Part shown: piece by piece, positions 31,079 to 41,537 of the stretch
How the letters are laid out: each line of letters begins with the position of its first letter
Position numbering within the stretch: position 1 is the first letter of the stretch
DNA from: Bacteroidales bacterium
GTDB taxonomy: Bacteria > Bacteroidota > Bacteroidia > Bacteroidales > VadinHA17
Direction of reading: 5' to 3'
Assembly (NCBI GenBank): GCA_016936435.1
Contig: JAFGXX010000197.1
Coordinates: 1-58,241, forward strand
Length of the DNA stretch: 58,241 nucleotides
The notes under the pieces: generated by a model
What the model saw: the letters and a program-made list of their open reading frames with translations, nothing else
What the model was told of the DNA's origin: nothing
The model's database searches: none
Position numbers and translations under genes: made by a program

Positions 31079-31957
31079 ATGAAAAGATTCAAAGGAACAG
31101 GTGTTGCCATTATCACACCTTTTAAAAATGATTCCAGCATCGATTTTTCGGCACTGGGACGCGTCGTCAACCATGTAATTGAAGGAGGAGTGAATTACCT
31201 CGTAGCCATGGGCACCACAGGAGAGGCTTCGACTCTTTCCATGGACGAGAAAAGGGCTCTGATATCTTATGTAACTGAAGTCATCGACAACCGTGTTCCT
31301 CTCGTGGTTGGGATCGGGGGTAATAATACCAGTGAGGTGATAAAAACGATAAGGGACCTTGGTGTTCAGGGAGTAGATGCGATCCTGTCTGTAGCTCCAT
31401 ACTATAACAAGCCAGGCCAGCGTGGACTGTTTCAGCATTTCAAGGCTATAGCTGATTCCACACCCCTTCCGCTGATAATTTATAATGTACCGGGGCGTAC
31501 TGCAAGCAACATTTCTTCAGAAACATGCATTGAGCTGGCATGTGAATTTGAGAACATTATTGGCGTGAAGGAAGCGTCGGGAGATATCGGACAAATAATG
31601 AGGATTATAAAGGGTAAACCTGATAATTTCCTGGTTATTTCAGGTGACGACGGGATGACAATACCGATAATTGCATCGGGTGGTGCGGGCGTTATCTCCG
31701 TTCTTGCCAATGCCTACCCTGCCGAGTGCAGTGAACTTGTTTCAAATGCCCTTAAGAATAACTTCAGGGCTGCCAGGGATATACATTTCCGCTTTATGGA
31801 GACGATAGAACTTATGTTTGCTGACGGAAATCCTGCAGGGATAAAAGCAATTATGAGCCTTAAAGGACTGTGCAGTAATAGTTTACGACTCCCCCTGGTA
31901 CCTGTGAACAAGTCAGTATATTCCCGGATACAGAAGGTTGTCGAAGAGCTTAAATAA
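31079..31957 (+). CDS. dapA: 4-hydroxy-tetrahydrodipicolinate synthase
   Basis: GTTGE, PYYNKP, YNVPGRT, GVKEAS, SGDD. Confidence 0.96.
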   Translation: MKRFKGTGVAIITPFKNDSSIDFSALGRVVNHVIEGGVNYLVAMGTTGEASTLSMDEKRALISYVTEVIDNRVPLVVGIGGNNTSEVIKTIRDLGVQGVDAILSVAPYYNKPGQRGLFQHFKAIADSTPLPLIIYNVPGRTASNISSETCIELACEFENIIGVKEASGDIGQIMRIIKGKPDNFLVISGDDGMTIPIIASGGAGVISVLANAYPAECSELVSNALKNNFRAARDIHFRFMETIELMFADGNPAGIKAIMSLKGLCSNSLRLPLVPVNKSVYSRIQKVVEELK

Positions 31958-31971
31958 TCACATCAGAGTAA

Positions 31972-34900
31972 TCATACATTTGGGCTGGCTCCTTCGCTCT
32001 GCTGCCTTCCGTGACAGTGTTTATACTTTTTACCGCTTCCGCACGGACAGAGGTCATTTCTTCCAACTTTCTTATCTACACGCACGGGCTCGGTTTTCCG
32101 TTCCTTATCAGGGCCTCCTCCTGCTGAGCCATACTGGCTGAATTCGCTCTTCTGGGTTTTAAGGTTCTCTGCCTGTCGCCGCCGCTGGGCTTCTCTGACC
32201 TGGTCAGGATCCTGTGTCGGGATATAGCCTTTCATCAGAGTACTCACAACGTCCTTGTTAACCTTGTTGATCATGGTCTTGAAAAGCTCATACGATTCAA
32301 ACTTATATATAAGCAGAGGATCTTTCTGTTCGTAGGTCGCATTCTGAACTGATTGTTTCAGTTCATCCATTTCGCGAAGGTGTTCTTTCCATGAATCGTC
32401 GATAGTGGCGAGCATAACTGTTTTTTCATAGGCTTTCGCCAGTTCCCTGCCTTCCGACTCGGCTGTCGCCTTAAGATTCGTAATTACCTGAAATACTTTG
32501 AATCCGTCGCTTATCGGCACAACAACATTTTCATACTGGTGCGACATCCTGTCATAAACGTCTTTCAGTACAGGATAAGCCTGTTGCGAAATCGATTCCA
32601 CCTTTCTCCTGTACGTATCTATCACCTTTGAATATACTTTTTCGATGACCTCGTTTGATGATTCTTTCAGGAACTCGCTATCTTTTACGGGCGAATCTAT
32701 TGAAAATGAACGTATAAGGTCAAAATCAAAACCTTCAAAGTCGCCCTCGTTCTGGTAGGTCTCAACAAGGCTTGCGGTAACATCATACATGGCGTTAGCC
32801 ACGTCGACACTCAGTCGTTCTCCAAGGAGAGCATGCCTTCTTTTTTTGTAGATCACTGTTCTCTGGGAGTTCATCACATCATCATATTCGAGAAGTCTTT
32901 TTCGTATCCCGAAATTATTCTCCTCGACTTTTTTCTGTGCCCGCTCTATCGATTTGGTGATCATGGCGTGCTGTATCATCTCACCGTCCTTAAGGCCCAG
33001 CCTGTCCATTATACCTGCTATTCTTTCAGAACCGAAGAGTCTCATCAGTTCATCTTCGAGAGATACAAAAAATTGTGATGATCCCGGATCACCCTGTCGT
33101 CCTGAGCGGCCTCTGAGCTGCCTGTCGACGCGCCTCGATTCATGCCTTTCTGTACCAATGATGGCAAGGCCTCCGGCCTTTTTGACCTCAGGGGTAAGTT
33201 TTATGTCGGTACCCCTACCGGCCATATTTGTTGCAATGGTTATTGTACCGGTCTTTCCTGCTTCAGCAACTATCTCTGCTTCTCTCTGATGGAGCTTGGC
33301 GTTGAGGACATTATGCCTGAGTCCTTTCATTTTAAGCATGCGGCTCAGCAGTTCAGATATTTCGACGGAGGTGGTACCGACAAGAACAGGCCTTCCTTCC
33401 TTGTTCAGTTTTACGATCTCGTCGATTACGGCATTATATTTCTCCCTCTTGGTCTTGTATATTATGTCTTCACGGTCGTCTCTTACAACCGGCTTGTTAG
33501 TTGGTATCACAACAACATCCAGCTTATAGATATTCCAGAATTCACCGGCTTCGGTCTCAGCTGTGCCAGTCATTCCGGCCAGCTTGTGGTACATCCTGAA
33601 ATAATTCTGGAGTGTGATAGTTGCATATGTCTGCGTGGCAGCTTCAACTTTGACATTCTCCTTGGCTTCGATAGCCTGATGCAGCCCGTCGGAATATCTC
33701 CTGCCTTCGAGGATACGGCCGGTCTGCTCATCGACGATCTTCACCTTATTATCCATGATCACATATTCCACATCCTTGTCGAAAAGAGTATAGGCTTTCA
33801 GCAACTGTGTCATAGTATGCACTCTTTCCGACTTAACAGAATAATCCTGAAGGAGTTCGTCTTTGAGTTTCAGTTTCTCCCTATCGTTCACACCCGATTT
33901 TTCAAGATCGGCAATCTTGGATCCCACATCCGGAAGGATGAAGAAACTTGCATCCTCGACGGAAGTTGATATAAGATCCAGACCTTTTTCAGTCAGCTCT
34001 ATCGAATTTGACTTTTCATCGATGACGAAATACAGTTCCTCGGTCACCTTGGGCATTTCCTTACTGTTGTTCTGCATGTAGAAATTTTCTGTTTTCTGCA
34101 GCAGGGTCCTGTTGCCTTCCTCACTGAGGAACTTGATAAGGGCGTTATTCTTTGGGAGACCCTTGAAGGCTCTCAGGAGAAGTAGTCCTCCATCTTCGCT
34201 CTTGCCTTCCGAGATCAGCCTTTTTGAGTCTGCAAGTATCTGCGTGACAAGCTTCTTCTGGGCGCTGACAAGTTTCTCGACTTTGGGTTTGAGTTCATCA
34301 AACTGCTGGGTGTCGCTTTTGGCAGTGGGACCCGATATTATGAGAGGTGTTCTTGCATCGTCGATAAGGACTGAATCCACCTCGTCAACGATTGCGTAAT
34401 GGTGTTTACGCTGAACAAGGTCCTCAGGGTTAATAGCCATGTTGTCTCTGAGGTAATCGAAACCGAACTCGTTGTTGGTACCGAATGTAATATCGGCGTT
34501 GTAGGCTTTTCTTCTTTCGGCCGAATTGGGCTGGTGCTTGTCGATACAATCGACGCTCAGGCCGTGAAATTCATAGATGGGGCCCATCCATTCCGAGTCA
34601 CGTTTAGACAGGTAATCGTTCACTGTCACGATATGCACACCTCTGCCTGCAAGAGCATTGAGGAATACAGGCAGTGTGGCCACCACCGTTTTGCCCTCAC
34701 CTGTGGCCATCTCAGCTATCTTACCCTTATGCAGAGCTACTCCCCCGATCAGCTGGACATCATAATGGACCATATCCCACAAAATCTCATTGCCTCCTGC
34801 CAGCCATCTGTTATTCCATATTGCTTTATCTCCCCTGACCGTGATGCTCTCACGTGTGGCCGCAAGGTCACGGTCGTACTGAAGCGCTGTCACTTCAAGC

Positions 34901-35283
34901 GTATCATTCTCCTTGAACCTCCGGGCAGTCTCTTTAACGATTGCAAAGGCACGGGGAAGGCAATCATCAAGTATCTTTTCAAGCTTCTCCTCAATCTTTT
35001 TCTCCTGCCTGTCTGCTTCATTGTATAATTCCTCTTTCAGGTTTACATCTTCCTCATGATCGGCTTTGGACTTAAGAGCCCTGATCTCTTCTTCATCAGC
35101 AGAAATGAATGCTGCGATCTCCTTTCTGAGCTCGTTGGTCTTTTCGCGAAGCTCATCGTTTGTTAGACCCTGCAGCTTATCATATTCTGTATGTGTCTTT
35201 TCAACGTAAGGGCTTATCTCCTTGATATCACGCTCATATTTATTGCCGAGGAAAAGACCAAGAATATTGTTAATGATGCTCAT
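31972..35283 (-). CDS. secA: Preprotein translocase subunit SecA
   Basis: [54 protein letters not shown] motif [18 protein letters not shown]. Confidence 0.98.
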   Translation of the reverse strand: MSIINNILGLFLGNKYERDIKEISPYVEKTHTEYDKLQGLTNDELREKTNELRKEIAAFISADEEEIRALKSKADHEEDVNLKEELYNEADRQEKKIEEKLEKILDDCLPRAFAIVKETARRFKENDTLEVTALQYDRDLAATRESITVRGDKAIWNNRWLAGGNEILWDMVHYDVQLIGGVALHKGKIAEMATGEGKTVVATLPVFLNALAGRGVHIVTVNDYLSKRDSEWMGPIYEFHGLSVDCIDKHQPNSAERRKAYNADITFGTNNEFGFDYLRDNMAINPEDLVQRKHHYAIVDEVDSVLIDDARTPLIISGPTAKSDTQQFDELKPKVEKLVSAQKKLVTQILADSKRLISEGKSEDGGLLLLRAFKGLPKNNALIKFLSEEGNRTLLQKTENFYMQNNSKEMPKVTEELYFVIDEKSNSIELTEKGLDLISTSVEDASFFILPDVGSKIADLEKSGVNDREKLKLKDELLQDYSVKSERVHTMTQLLKAYTLFDKDVEYVIMDNKVKIVDEQTGRILEGRRYSDGLHQAIEAKENVKVEAATQTYATITLQNYFRMYHKLAGMTGTAETEAGEFWNIYKLDVVVIPTNKPVVRDDREDIIYKTKREKYNAVIDEIVKLNKEGRPVLVGTTSVEISELLSRMLKMKGLRHNVLNAKLHQREAEIVAEAGKTGTITIATNMAGRGTDIKLTPEVKKAGGLAIIGTERHESRRVDRQLRGRSGRQGDPGSSQFFVSLEDELMRLFGSERIAGIMDRLGLKDGEMIQHAMITKSIERAQKKVEENNFGIRKRLLEYDDVMNSQRTVIYKKRRHALLGERLSVDVANAMYDVTASLVETYQNEGDFEGFDFDLIRSFSIDSPVKDSEFLKESSNEVIEKVYSKVIDTYRRKVESISQQAYPVLKDVYDRMSHQYENVVVPISDGFKVFQVITNLKATAESEGRELAKAYEKTVMLATIDDSWKEHLREMDELKQSVQNATYEQKDPLLIYKFESYELFKTMINKVNKDVVSTLMKGYIPTQDPDQVREAQRRRQAENLKTQKSEFSQYGSAGGGPDKERKTEPVRVDKKVGRNDLCPCGSGKKYKHCHGRQQSEGASPNV

Positions 35284-35320
35284 ATCATAGTTTATTTTTT
35301 CGCAAATGTGAAATAAGATG

Positions 35321-35328
35321 CAAAATTA
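35321..35328 (-). promoter_or_regulatory. -7 promoter element for secA
   Basis: TAATTTTG on the minus strand. Confidence 0.55.
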
Positions 35329-35435
35329 GTTTATTTTTTCGAAATGAACGGAAATCAATCCATCAGGAAGTAATAACCCGGGAAACCGGATCCGTGAGGC
35401 CGGTCATTATTTTAACGGGGTTATAAAACGTTTGC

Positions 35436-37880
35436 TTATTTTACCAGGTTATATTTAAGGTAGCTAATATCTTTCCCGCTGTTCAGTACGATGAAATAGA
35501 TACCTGCAGGCAGGTGTGAAATGTCAATTTGTATTTCATCTTTGTTTCCGCCGTCGCCTTTAAGCAGAGGCACTCCTGTTGCAGAAAGGACGGTATAAGT
35601 CAGATAAGCCTTAGAAGAGGATGCTCCTATAGTAAAACGTCCGTATCCCGGATTGGGATAGAGGGAGTAAGTATCAGGCCGGACATCCTCAATAGCGTTA
35701 ATAAGGGGGCCTGCGTGCAGATCCTGTATGACCCAGCCCCATCCGTTTGCATAGGGATCTGAAAAGAGTCTGAAGCGAAGCATCATAACGTCGCCGTCAC
35801 TGAAATATTCAGAAGTCTTCAGAAAGATCGTATGTTTTACCAGCATCGATTCCTTCCCTGTGAAGGTAGAGTTCATATCATCGATTGAGCTGTTATAGTC
35901 TTTTTCCCATGAATCGATGTACCGGCTGTCGTAACCGTCTGTAAGCGCTATCCATGTTTTTCCATAATCAGGCGAGCCTTCAACTATCACATAATCATAA
36001 AAATACAGAGACCCAAACAGTGATCCTTCCTCTCCCGGTTCAACAAGTACCACTTCATCATAACTGATAATCATTCCATTCCCGTCGAAACGCAAGGGAG
36101 TTTTCAGCAGGGCCGTATAGCCGATACTGTCACCGTTTTCTTCAGGACTTTCATAAGGATGTCGGGTGTGGAGACCAAAGTCAGAAAAGCCGGGAGAAAT
36201 TGTTATTTCGAAACCATTGTTAAGAAAATCGCTTTCTGCACCCGAAAAATCGGTGGTATAACTTTCTGCAACGGAATTGACGAGTATGAAATCAACTGTG
36301 AACCATCCTTCTGATGGAAGTATTTTCATGTTGGGGGAAGAAGCATTGTCGGCAGCGATGATCCTGTACTCGAGTGAATCGCCTCCGGAGAAAGTGAGCG
36401 AAGCGGCATCGAGAACAGCCTTATACCCGTATTCGCTTACTTTGTTCATCCCGGCATAAGATGAAACACCTTCATTTATTCTGTATTCAACATATACGGT
36501 GTCAACTTCAATATTGTCGGCAGCATCAGCAATTAGTTTTATCGAATCGATAACAGAAAGATAGTAATCGGCCGGAGTATGAAGAATTACAGGTTTTACC
36601 GTATCGGTGCCTATGAAAACTGTGTAGGGAAATGCAGTATCGGAAGGAGAAACGAAGCTACGCAGGAAGTAGTCCTCGACAGAAAAAAAATAGTCAATAC
36701 GTGTTTCGTATGATGGTACCGGGATGGTGGCGGTGTAACTGTTACCCGAACCAGGTGAGTCCATCACTATGTTATTGCTTGTTGTGAAATTATCTGACGA
36801 CCAGGTGAGGATAACCCTGTTGCGGTTATATAATGTGTCGGATTTGATCTCAGCGTTGATTACAAGGGAGGAAATGTTTTCCTCTGTATCCGGAAGAGGC
36901 TCATGTATTATTCTTGTATTTATCCAACCCATTTCTCCAAGCATCGATCTCACTACCGTGCCGGGATCATGGATTGCCTCTCCCCTGCTGATGAACGGTG
37001 TCATCAGGGCATTGGAACTGTTATAGCTATCCTCATCGAGATGTGCTATGCTTGAGCCGGGGTCATATTCGGCAGGAGCGTAAATTCTTGCCCTCTGTCC
37101 TCCGCTGGCAGCTCTTACCACCGGACCGTCAAACCACAGTGATCCGCCGGTAATTTGTGTTTTCAGCTCAGCAGATGGATTTGCAAAGATAAGTGTATCG
37201 GTAAGCTGCTGACCCTGATTGTTCTCAACAAAGACGTCATAAATCATAGGAATACCCGATGCACCGTAGGAGCCTGACGAGGATTCGACATAATAGCTGT
37301 CGAAGAATCCTAATCCGTGTATCATTTCATGAAGAGCAACGGTAACAAGATCATATTTCAGAGTCGGAGTATTTCCGTCAGTACCGTAATACCAGCTTGC
37401 CGAACTGTTAAGGTTGAGGTCGATATCACCGGCGAATTCCTCATTAAGAGGTTCTCCCGCTATTTTTTCGGCAAGAGAAACAGGATATATGGCCCCGGGT
37501 ATCCATGCATCTATCCCCCATCCCAGTGCATAGGCCGAGGCTGATGAATTGCCCAGGACTCCCGAAGTGGTAATGTTGATCCAGTTGGCATTCACATCGA
37601 TTACAGCGTCGGAGGGCAGGATGGACGAAAGAATTGATGCGGCGTAGCTTATGGCATCTTTGGCAAAAAGCGGGAAACCATCAAAATTTATATTAACCGT
37701 TGCACCTCCTTTTGTTTTTTTCAGAAATTCAGGAGGCGGCGGAATGTATATCCTGTTCACCTTGTCGGCAGCATAAGTCGACCCGGTGAACAGGGGTTTA
37801 TTTATCAGCCTCTGAGCGGAAAGGTCAGAAACCGATAGTATAAGAACTAAAACTGATAAAAATAAGCAGTTCTTATTCAT
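35436..37880 (-). CDS. T9SS-secreted putative zinc metalloprotease
   Basis: Signal peptide; VALHEMIHGLGF, GSSIAHLDE, ALMTP; C-terminal YPNP...IDISHLPAGIYFI type A sorting domain. Confidence 0.82.
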   Translation of the reverse strand: MNKNCLFLSVLVLILSVSDLSAQRLINKPLFTGSTYAADKVNRIYIPPPPEFLKKTKGGATVNINFDGFPLFAKDAISYAASILSSILPSDAVIDVNANWINITTSGVLGNSSASAYALGWGIDAWIPGAIYPVSLAEKIAGEPLNEEFAGDIDLNLNSSASWYYGTDGNTPTLKYDLVTVALHEMIHGLGFFDSYYVESSSGSYGASGIPMIYDVFVENNQGQQLTDTLIFANPSAELKTQITGGSLWFDGPVVRAASGGQRARIYAPAEYDPGSSIAHLDEDSYNSSNALMTPFISRGEAIHDPGTVVRSMLGEMGWINTRIIHEPLPDTEENISSLVINAEIKSDTLYNRNRVILTWSSDNFTTSNNIVMDSPGSGNSYTATIPVPSYETRIDYFFSVEDYFLRSFVSPSDTAFPYTVFIGTDTVKPVILHTPADYYLSVIDSIKLIADAADNIEVDTVYVEYRINEGVSSYAGMNKVSEYGYKAVLDAASLTFSGGDSLEYRIIAADNASSPNMKILPSEGWFTVDFILVNSVAESYTTDFSGAESDFLNNGFEITISPGFSDFGLHTRHPYESPEENGDSIGYTALLKTPLRFDGNGMIISYDEVVLVEPGEEGSLFGSLYFYDYVIVEGSPDYGKTWIALTDGYDSRYIDSWEKDYNSSIDDMNSTFTGKESMLVKHTIFLKTSEYFSDGDVMMLRFRLFSDPYANGWGWVIQDLHAGPLINAIEDVRPDTYSLYPNPGYGRFTIGASSSKAYLTYTVLSATGVPLLKGDGGNKDEIQIDISHLPAGIYFIVLNSGKDISYLKYNLVK

Positions 37881-37885
37881 CAGGT

Positions 37886-38389
37886 TTATTCAGCTTCAGG
37901 CGTTGCGGTTCTCATTTTCATGATATCCCTGTCGAATGCATACAGGCTGTTCTTTCCTATAAGACGAAGTTTATCGATAATTGCCTGCACTGATGATTCT
38001 TCTTCGATCTGTTCCGTTACGAACCACTGAAGAAAATTATGAGTGGTGTAGTCTTTCTCGTTAAGGGTGAGTTCAACTATCTCATTTATGCTTTGGGTAA
38101 CAAATTGCTCATGCTTAAGGACTTCAGCAAACATCTCCTCGATATTCTTATAGTCGGCAGGTGGCTTTTTGAAAGCCGGAATTACTGCTTTGCCTCCTCT
38201 TTCGTTAATGAATTTGATGAATTTGAGCATGTGCATTTTTTCTTCTTCGGCCTGAGCATAGAGCCAGGAAGAGACACCTGCAAAACCTGATGTCTCTGCC
38301 CATGATGCCATGGCCAGATAAAGGTTTGACGAATAACCTTCACGCTCTACCTGCCTGTTGCAGATATCTTCAATTTTTTTCTTTAACAT
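37886..38389 (-). CDS. ftnA: Non-heme ferritin
   Basis: E..SSNLYLAMA, QAEEEKMH, HEQFVT, FLQWFVTEQIEEE. Confidence 0.93.
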   Translation of the reverse strand: MLKKKIEDICNRQVEREGYSSNLYLAMASWAETSGFAGVSSWLYAQAEEEKMHMLKFIKFINERGGKAVIPAFKKPPADYKNIEEMFAEVLKHEQFVTQSINEIVELTLNEKDYTTHNFLQWFVTEQIEEESSVQAIIDKLRLIGKNSLYAFDRDIMKMRTATPEAE

Positions 38390-38471
38390 AACGCTTCTTT
38401 TTAATTTGTTTCCTGTTTAAACATTAAATTACATCCGTTGTTCAAAACGAGACTGTCAAAAAGTAATTGTT

Positions 38472-40223
38472 TTAAGGCAGATCCAGATTGAACGACTTTC
38501 TGAACTCCTTCAGTACGGGATATTTATTCTGAAGATAATTATACTTCTGTTCATCCGTATACAAAAGCTGATCGTTTTCCGAAAGATCGACTGATGTTTC
38601 AATGTCGACAGGGGGCATTGTAAATCTGTTCTCAAGAAAACCGATCAGTTTTGGTTTATAGGTCAGTACAAAAAGGTCTTTCTGAGCTGCGTTGCTGAGA
38701 TGTATCCTGATGGTATTTTCTTCTTCCACCTCAGGCTTTATTGATCTGAACATGCTCATCACCCTTGCACCTTCGCCTTTAAGGCTTTCGACAAATTCAT
38801 TCCATGAAGCGTGGAATGCTTCACCACTGAATTCAATTCTGGCTGTGCCAGGCACAGGGCCGGCTGATGAAGGATCATCTGCAGCATCAGAACTTATTTC
38901 GGAAGGAGCTGTGTTTTCCGTGAAAACATCTTTTACTGAAAACGACCTGACCTTCTTTTCAATCACCGGGTTGTGTTTAGGGATTGAATTTCCTGCAGGT
39001 GCGACAGCTTCGTTTTTCCTGTTTTCCTCCTTTCTTATTATTTCTGATTTTGAAGGAAGAGGAAAATCTGTCACCTTATCGTCGGGTCTACCGCTTTCAG
39101 GCTTTTTTTTTTGAATGCTGTTGTCGTCTGAAGAAGATATCCGGCATAGTTTAATGAGCCACAGCTCGGCGTGAAGTCTCTGATTTTTACTGTTCTTGTA
39201 GGTGATATCGCAGTTGCTTCCAGCCTCAAGTGCACTATACAGGAAGTCGACAGGGCACAACGATGATTGTTCAAGATATTTCTGTTTTACGGAAGGTGTT
39301 GCTTCCAGGAGTCTGAGTGTAACTTCATCCTTGCTTACCAGCAGATTACGCAGATGACTGTTGAATCCGGCCACAAAGTTATGTCCGTCGAAACCATTTT
39401 CAAGTATCTCGTTGAATATCAACAAAATGGACGAAACATCCCCCTTCAGGGCTGCTGCGACACCTTTGAAATAATATTCATAATCCAGCACGTTGAGGTT
39501 TTCAATCACATCGTGGTAGGTAATGTTACGTCCACACAGACTTACCACCTGGTCGAATATCGAGAGAGCATCCCTGAGTGCTCCGTCGGCTTTCTGAGCA
39601 ATGATGTGAAGGGCTTCTTCCTCGGCTGTGACAGACTCTTTTGCTGCCACGTACTCAAGTCGCTTCACTATGTCTTCGATCCTAATCCTGTTGAAATCAA
39701 AGATCTGGCACCTTGAAAGTATCGTTGGTATTATCTTGTGTTTTTCGGTGGTGGCAAGAATAAAAATGGCATGCGGGGGTGGTTCCTCGAGTGTCTTAAG
39801 AAAGGCATTAAAAGCTGAAGAAGACAGCATATGGACTTCATCGATAATATATACGCTGTATTTTCCGACCTGTGGGGGGATCCTTACCTGCTCATTCAGG
39901 CTTCTGATATCTTCGACTTTATTGTTGGAGGCAGCATCGAGTTCATGTATGTTAAAAGACCTTGAGCTGTTGAATGAAAGACATGATTCGCATTTATCGC
40001 AGGCTTCACCGTTTTCGGTCAGGTTGGTGCAGTTAATCGTTTTTGCAAAGATCCTTGCACATGTCGTTTTGCCAACACCACGCGGACCGCAGAAAAGATA
40101 GGCCTGTGCCAGGAGCCTGTTTTTGATGGCGCTCTTTAGTGTATTGGTTATAGTATCCTGTCCGACTACCATTTCGAAAGTGGCCGGACGGTATTTTCGT
40201 GCAGAAACGATGAAGTTATCCAT
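38472..40223 (-). CDS. dnaX: DNA polymerase III subunit tau/gamma
   Basis: ARKYRP, GPRGVGKTT, ELDAASNN, IIDEVHMLS, TILSRCQ, GALRDALS. Confidence 0.96.
   Translation of the reverse strand: MDNFIVSARKYRPATFEMVVGQDTITNTLKSAIKNRLLAQAYLFCGPRGVGKTTCARIFAKTINCTNLTENGEACDKCESCLSFNSSRSFNIHELDAASNNKVEDIRSLNEQVRIPPQVGKYSVYIIDEVHMLSSSAFNAFLKTLEEPPPHAIFILATTEKHKIIPTILSRCQIFDFNRIRIEDIVKRLEYVAAKESVTAEEEALHIIAQKADGALRDALSIFDQVVSLCGRNITYHDVIENLNVLDYEYYFKGVAAALKGDVSSILLIFNEILENGFDGHNFVAGFNSHLRNLLVSKDEVTLRLLEATPSVKQKYLEQSSLCPVDFLYSALEAGSNCDITYKNSKNQRLHAELWLIKLCRISSSDDNSIQKKKPESGRPDDKVTDFPLPSKSEIIRKEENRKNEAVAPAGNSIPKHNPVIEKKVRSFSVKDVFTENTAPSEISSDAADDPSSAGPVPGTARIEFSGEAFHASWNEFVESLKGEGARVMSMFRSIKPEVEEENTIRIHLSNAAQKDLFVLTYKPKLIGFLENRFTMPPVDIETSVDLSENDQLLYTDEQKYNYLQNKYPVLKEFRKSFNLDLP
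39097..39112 (-). other. Slippery site A10G with -1 frame stop (putative gamma-producing recoding site)
   Basis: Minus strand reads CAA AAA AAA AAG CCT GA; the -1 frame reads AAA AAA GCC TGA. Confidence 0.7.
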
Positions 40224-40258
40224 AAAAAGTCAGCTTCAGAATTGTCACAAGCGTTATG

Positions 40259-40266
40259 CAAATATA
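40259..40266 (-). promoter_or_regulatory. -7 promoter element for dnaX
   Basis: TATATTTG on the minus strand. Confidence 0.6.
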
Positions 40267-40365
40267 GTTAAAAAGGTATGATCAAAAGAGTTTGTTGATA
40301 ATTAGGTTTGTCTTCCCGGATGTCGCCCTTGCTGCAATCCGGTATTATTTTTCGACAGATAATTT

Positions 40366-40395
40366 TTTGATTAAAAGAAAAATATTGTACTTTTG
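40366..40395 (+). promoter_or_regulatory. Promoter for rpsF-rpsR-rplI
   Basis: TTTG (40366-69), 18 nt, TACTTTTG (40388-95). Confidence 0.7.
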
Positions 40396-40432
40396 CGAGC
40401 CAAATTCAATAAACTAAAGTAAGAGAAAAATT

Positions 40433-40786
40433 ATGTTGAACCATTACGAAACCGTTTTCATTGCAACTCCCGTTTTGTCTGAGAACCAGATGAAGGAAGC
40501 GGTACAAAAATTCAAGAAGGTCATCACCGACAATGGAGGTGAGATCGTTCATGAAGAGAACTGGGGCCTCAAGAAACTGGCCTACCCTATTCAGAAAAAG
40601 TCGACAGGCTTTTATTATCTTATCGAATTCATCGGAAAAGGAGATCTCATCGAGAAACTGGAAATCCAGTACAGACGTGATGAAAGGATCATCAGGTTCC
40701 TGACTTTCAGGATGGAGAAATTTGCCGTCGAATATGCAGAGAAAAAGAGAAGACTGAAAGAAGAAATAAAAGCAGAGGAGGTATAA
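40433..40786 (+). CDS. rpsF: 30S ribosomal protein bS6
   Basis: [20 protein letters not shown]. Confidence 0.97.
   Translation: MLNHYETVFIATPVLSENQMKEAVQKFKKVITDNGGEIVHEENWGLKKLAYPIQKKSTGFYYLIEFIGKGDLIEKLEIQYRRDERIIRFLTFRMEKFAVEYAEKKRRLKEEIKAEEV
40776..40782 (+). promoter_or_regulatory. Strong Shine-Dalgarno site for rpsR
   Basis: AGGAGGT, 7 nt before ATG 40790. Confidence 0.75.
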
Positions 40787-40789
40787 ACA

Positions 40790-41059
40790 ATGGCACAGAA
40801 TGAATCAGAGATAAGATATCTTACCCCTCCCACCGTAGAGGTTAAGAAAAAGAAATACTGCCGGTTCAAAAAGAACAGGATCCGCTACATAGACTACAAG
40901 GACCCTGAATTTCTTAAAAAATTCCTTAATGATCAGGGGAAAATATTACCCCGGAGATTAACCGGAACATCGCTGAAATATCAGAGGAAAGTGGCAAAAG
41001 CAGTCAAAAGAGCGCGCCATATTGCCCTTCTTCCTTATGTTGCAGACCTATTAAAATAA
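40790..41059 (+). CDS. rpsR: 30S ribosomal protein bS18
   Basis: [31 protein letters not shown]. Confidence 0.98.
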   Translation: MAQNESEIRYLTPPTVEVKKKKYCRFKKNRIRYIDYKDPEFLKKFLNDQGKILPRRLTGTSLKYQRKVAKAVKRARHIALLPYVADLLK

Positions 41060-41064
41060 GGAGG
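41057..41064 (+). promoter_or_regulatory. Strong Shine-Dalgarno site for rplI
   Basis: TAAGGAGG overlapping the rpsR stop, 7 nt before ATG 41072. Confidence 0.75.
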
Positions 41065-41071
41065 GAAATCT

Positions 41072-41518
41072 ATGGAAATATTATTGTTACAGGATGTCAA
41101 CAAACTTGGTCAGAAAGATGACCTTGTTACCGTTAAGAACGGGTATGCCAGGAATTATCTGATCCCCCAGGGGTATGCAATTGCAGCAACTCCATCGGTT
41201 AAAAAATCGCATTCAGAAAACCTTAAGCAAAGAGCACATAAAGAAGAGAAAATAAGAGCTGAAGCTGAAGAACTTGCAGCAAAAATGGCTGATATATCTC
41301 TTGTTATAGGTGCAAAGACAAGCAGTTCGGGGAAGATATTCGGATCAGTGAATACGATTCAGATTGCTGAAGCGCTAAAGTCGAAGGGTTTTGTTATTGA
41401 CAGGAAGCATATAACACTTCCCGGCGACGCCATAAAAGAAGTTGGAAAATATCAGGCTTCGGTTAAACTTCACAGGGACGTGAAGGTGAATATCAGCTTC
41501 GAAATCGTTGCTGAGTAG
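41072..41518 (+). CDS. rplI: 50S ribosomal protein bL9
   Basis: VKNGYARNYLIP, GKIFGSV, IKEVG. Confidence 0.97.
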   Translation: MEILLLQDVNKLGQKDDLVTVKNGYARNYLIPQGYAIAATPSVKKSHSENLKQRAHKEEKIRAEAEELAAKMADISLVIGAKTSSSGKIFGSVNTIQIAEALKSKGFVIDRKHITLPGDAIKEVGKYQASVKLHRDVKVNISFEIVAE

Positions 41519-41537
41519 TTCATTACCATAAAAATAC

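Noticed and set aside
32833-35028. Long plus-strand ORFs (up to 275 aa) antisense to secA, and similar ones opposite ffh/folD, amrS, tonB and exbD
   Set aside because: Shadow frames of conserved genes; no recognisable motifs or start context.
35373-35424. Imperfect nested hairpin between the T9SS protease gene and the secA promoter
   Set aside because: Probably a weak terminator; too imperfect to call an RNA element.
38390-38471. Palindrome TGTTTAAACA upstream of ferritin as a Fur/PerR site
   Set aside because: Short AT-rich palindrome, expected by chance; no convincing consensus match.
40293-40301. Isolated DnaA-box-like 9-mers (TGTTGATAA here, TTATTAACA at 17219-17227)
   Set aside because: Single imperfect boxes in AT-rich DNA; not enough to call an origin or DnaA regulation.
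40396-40432. Possible bS6:bS18-binding leader RNA before rpsF
   Set aside because: The predicted 5' UTR is only ~30 nt, A-rich, and has no hairpin or CCC motif.
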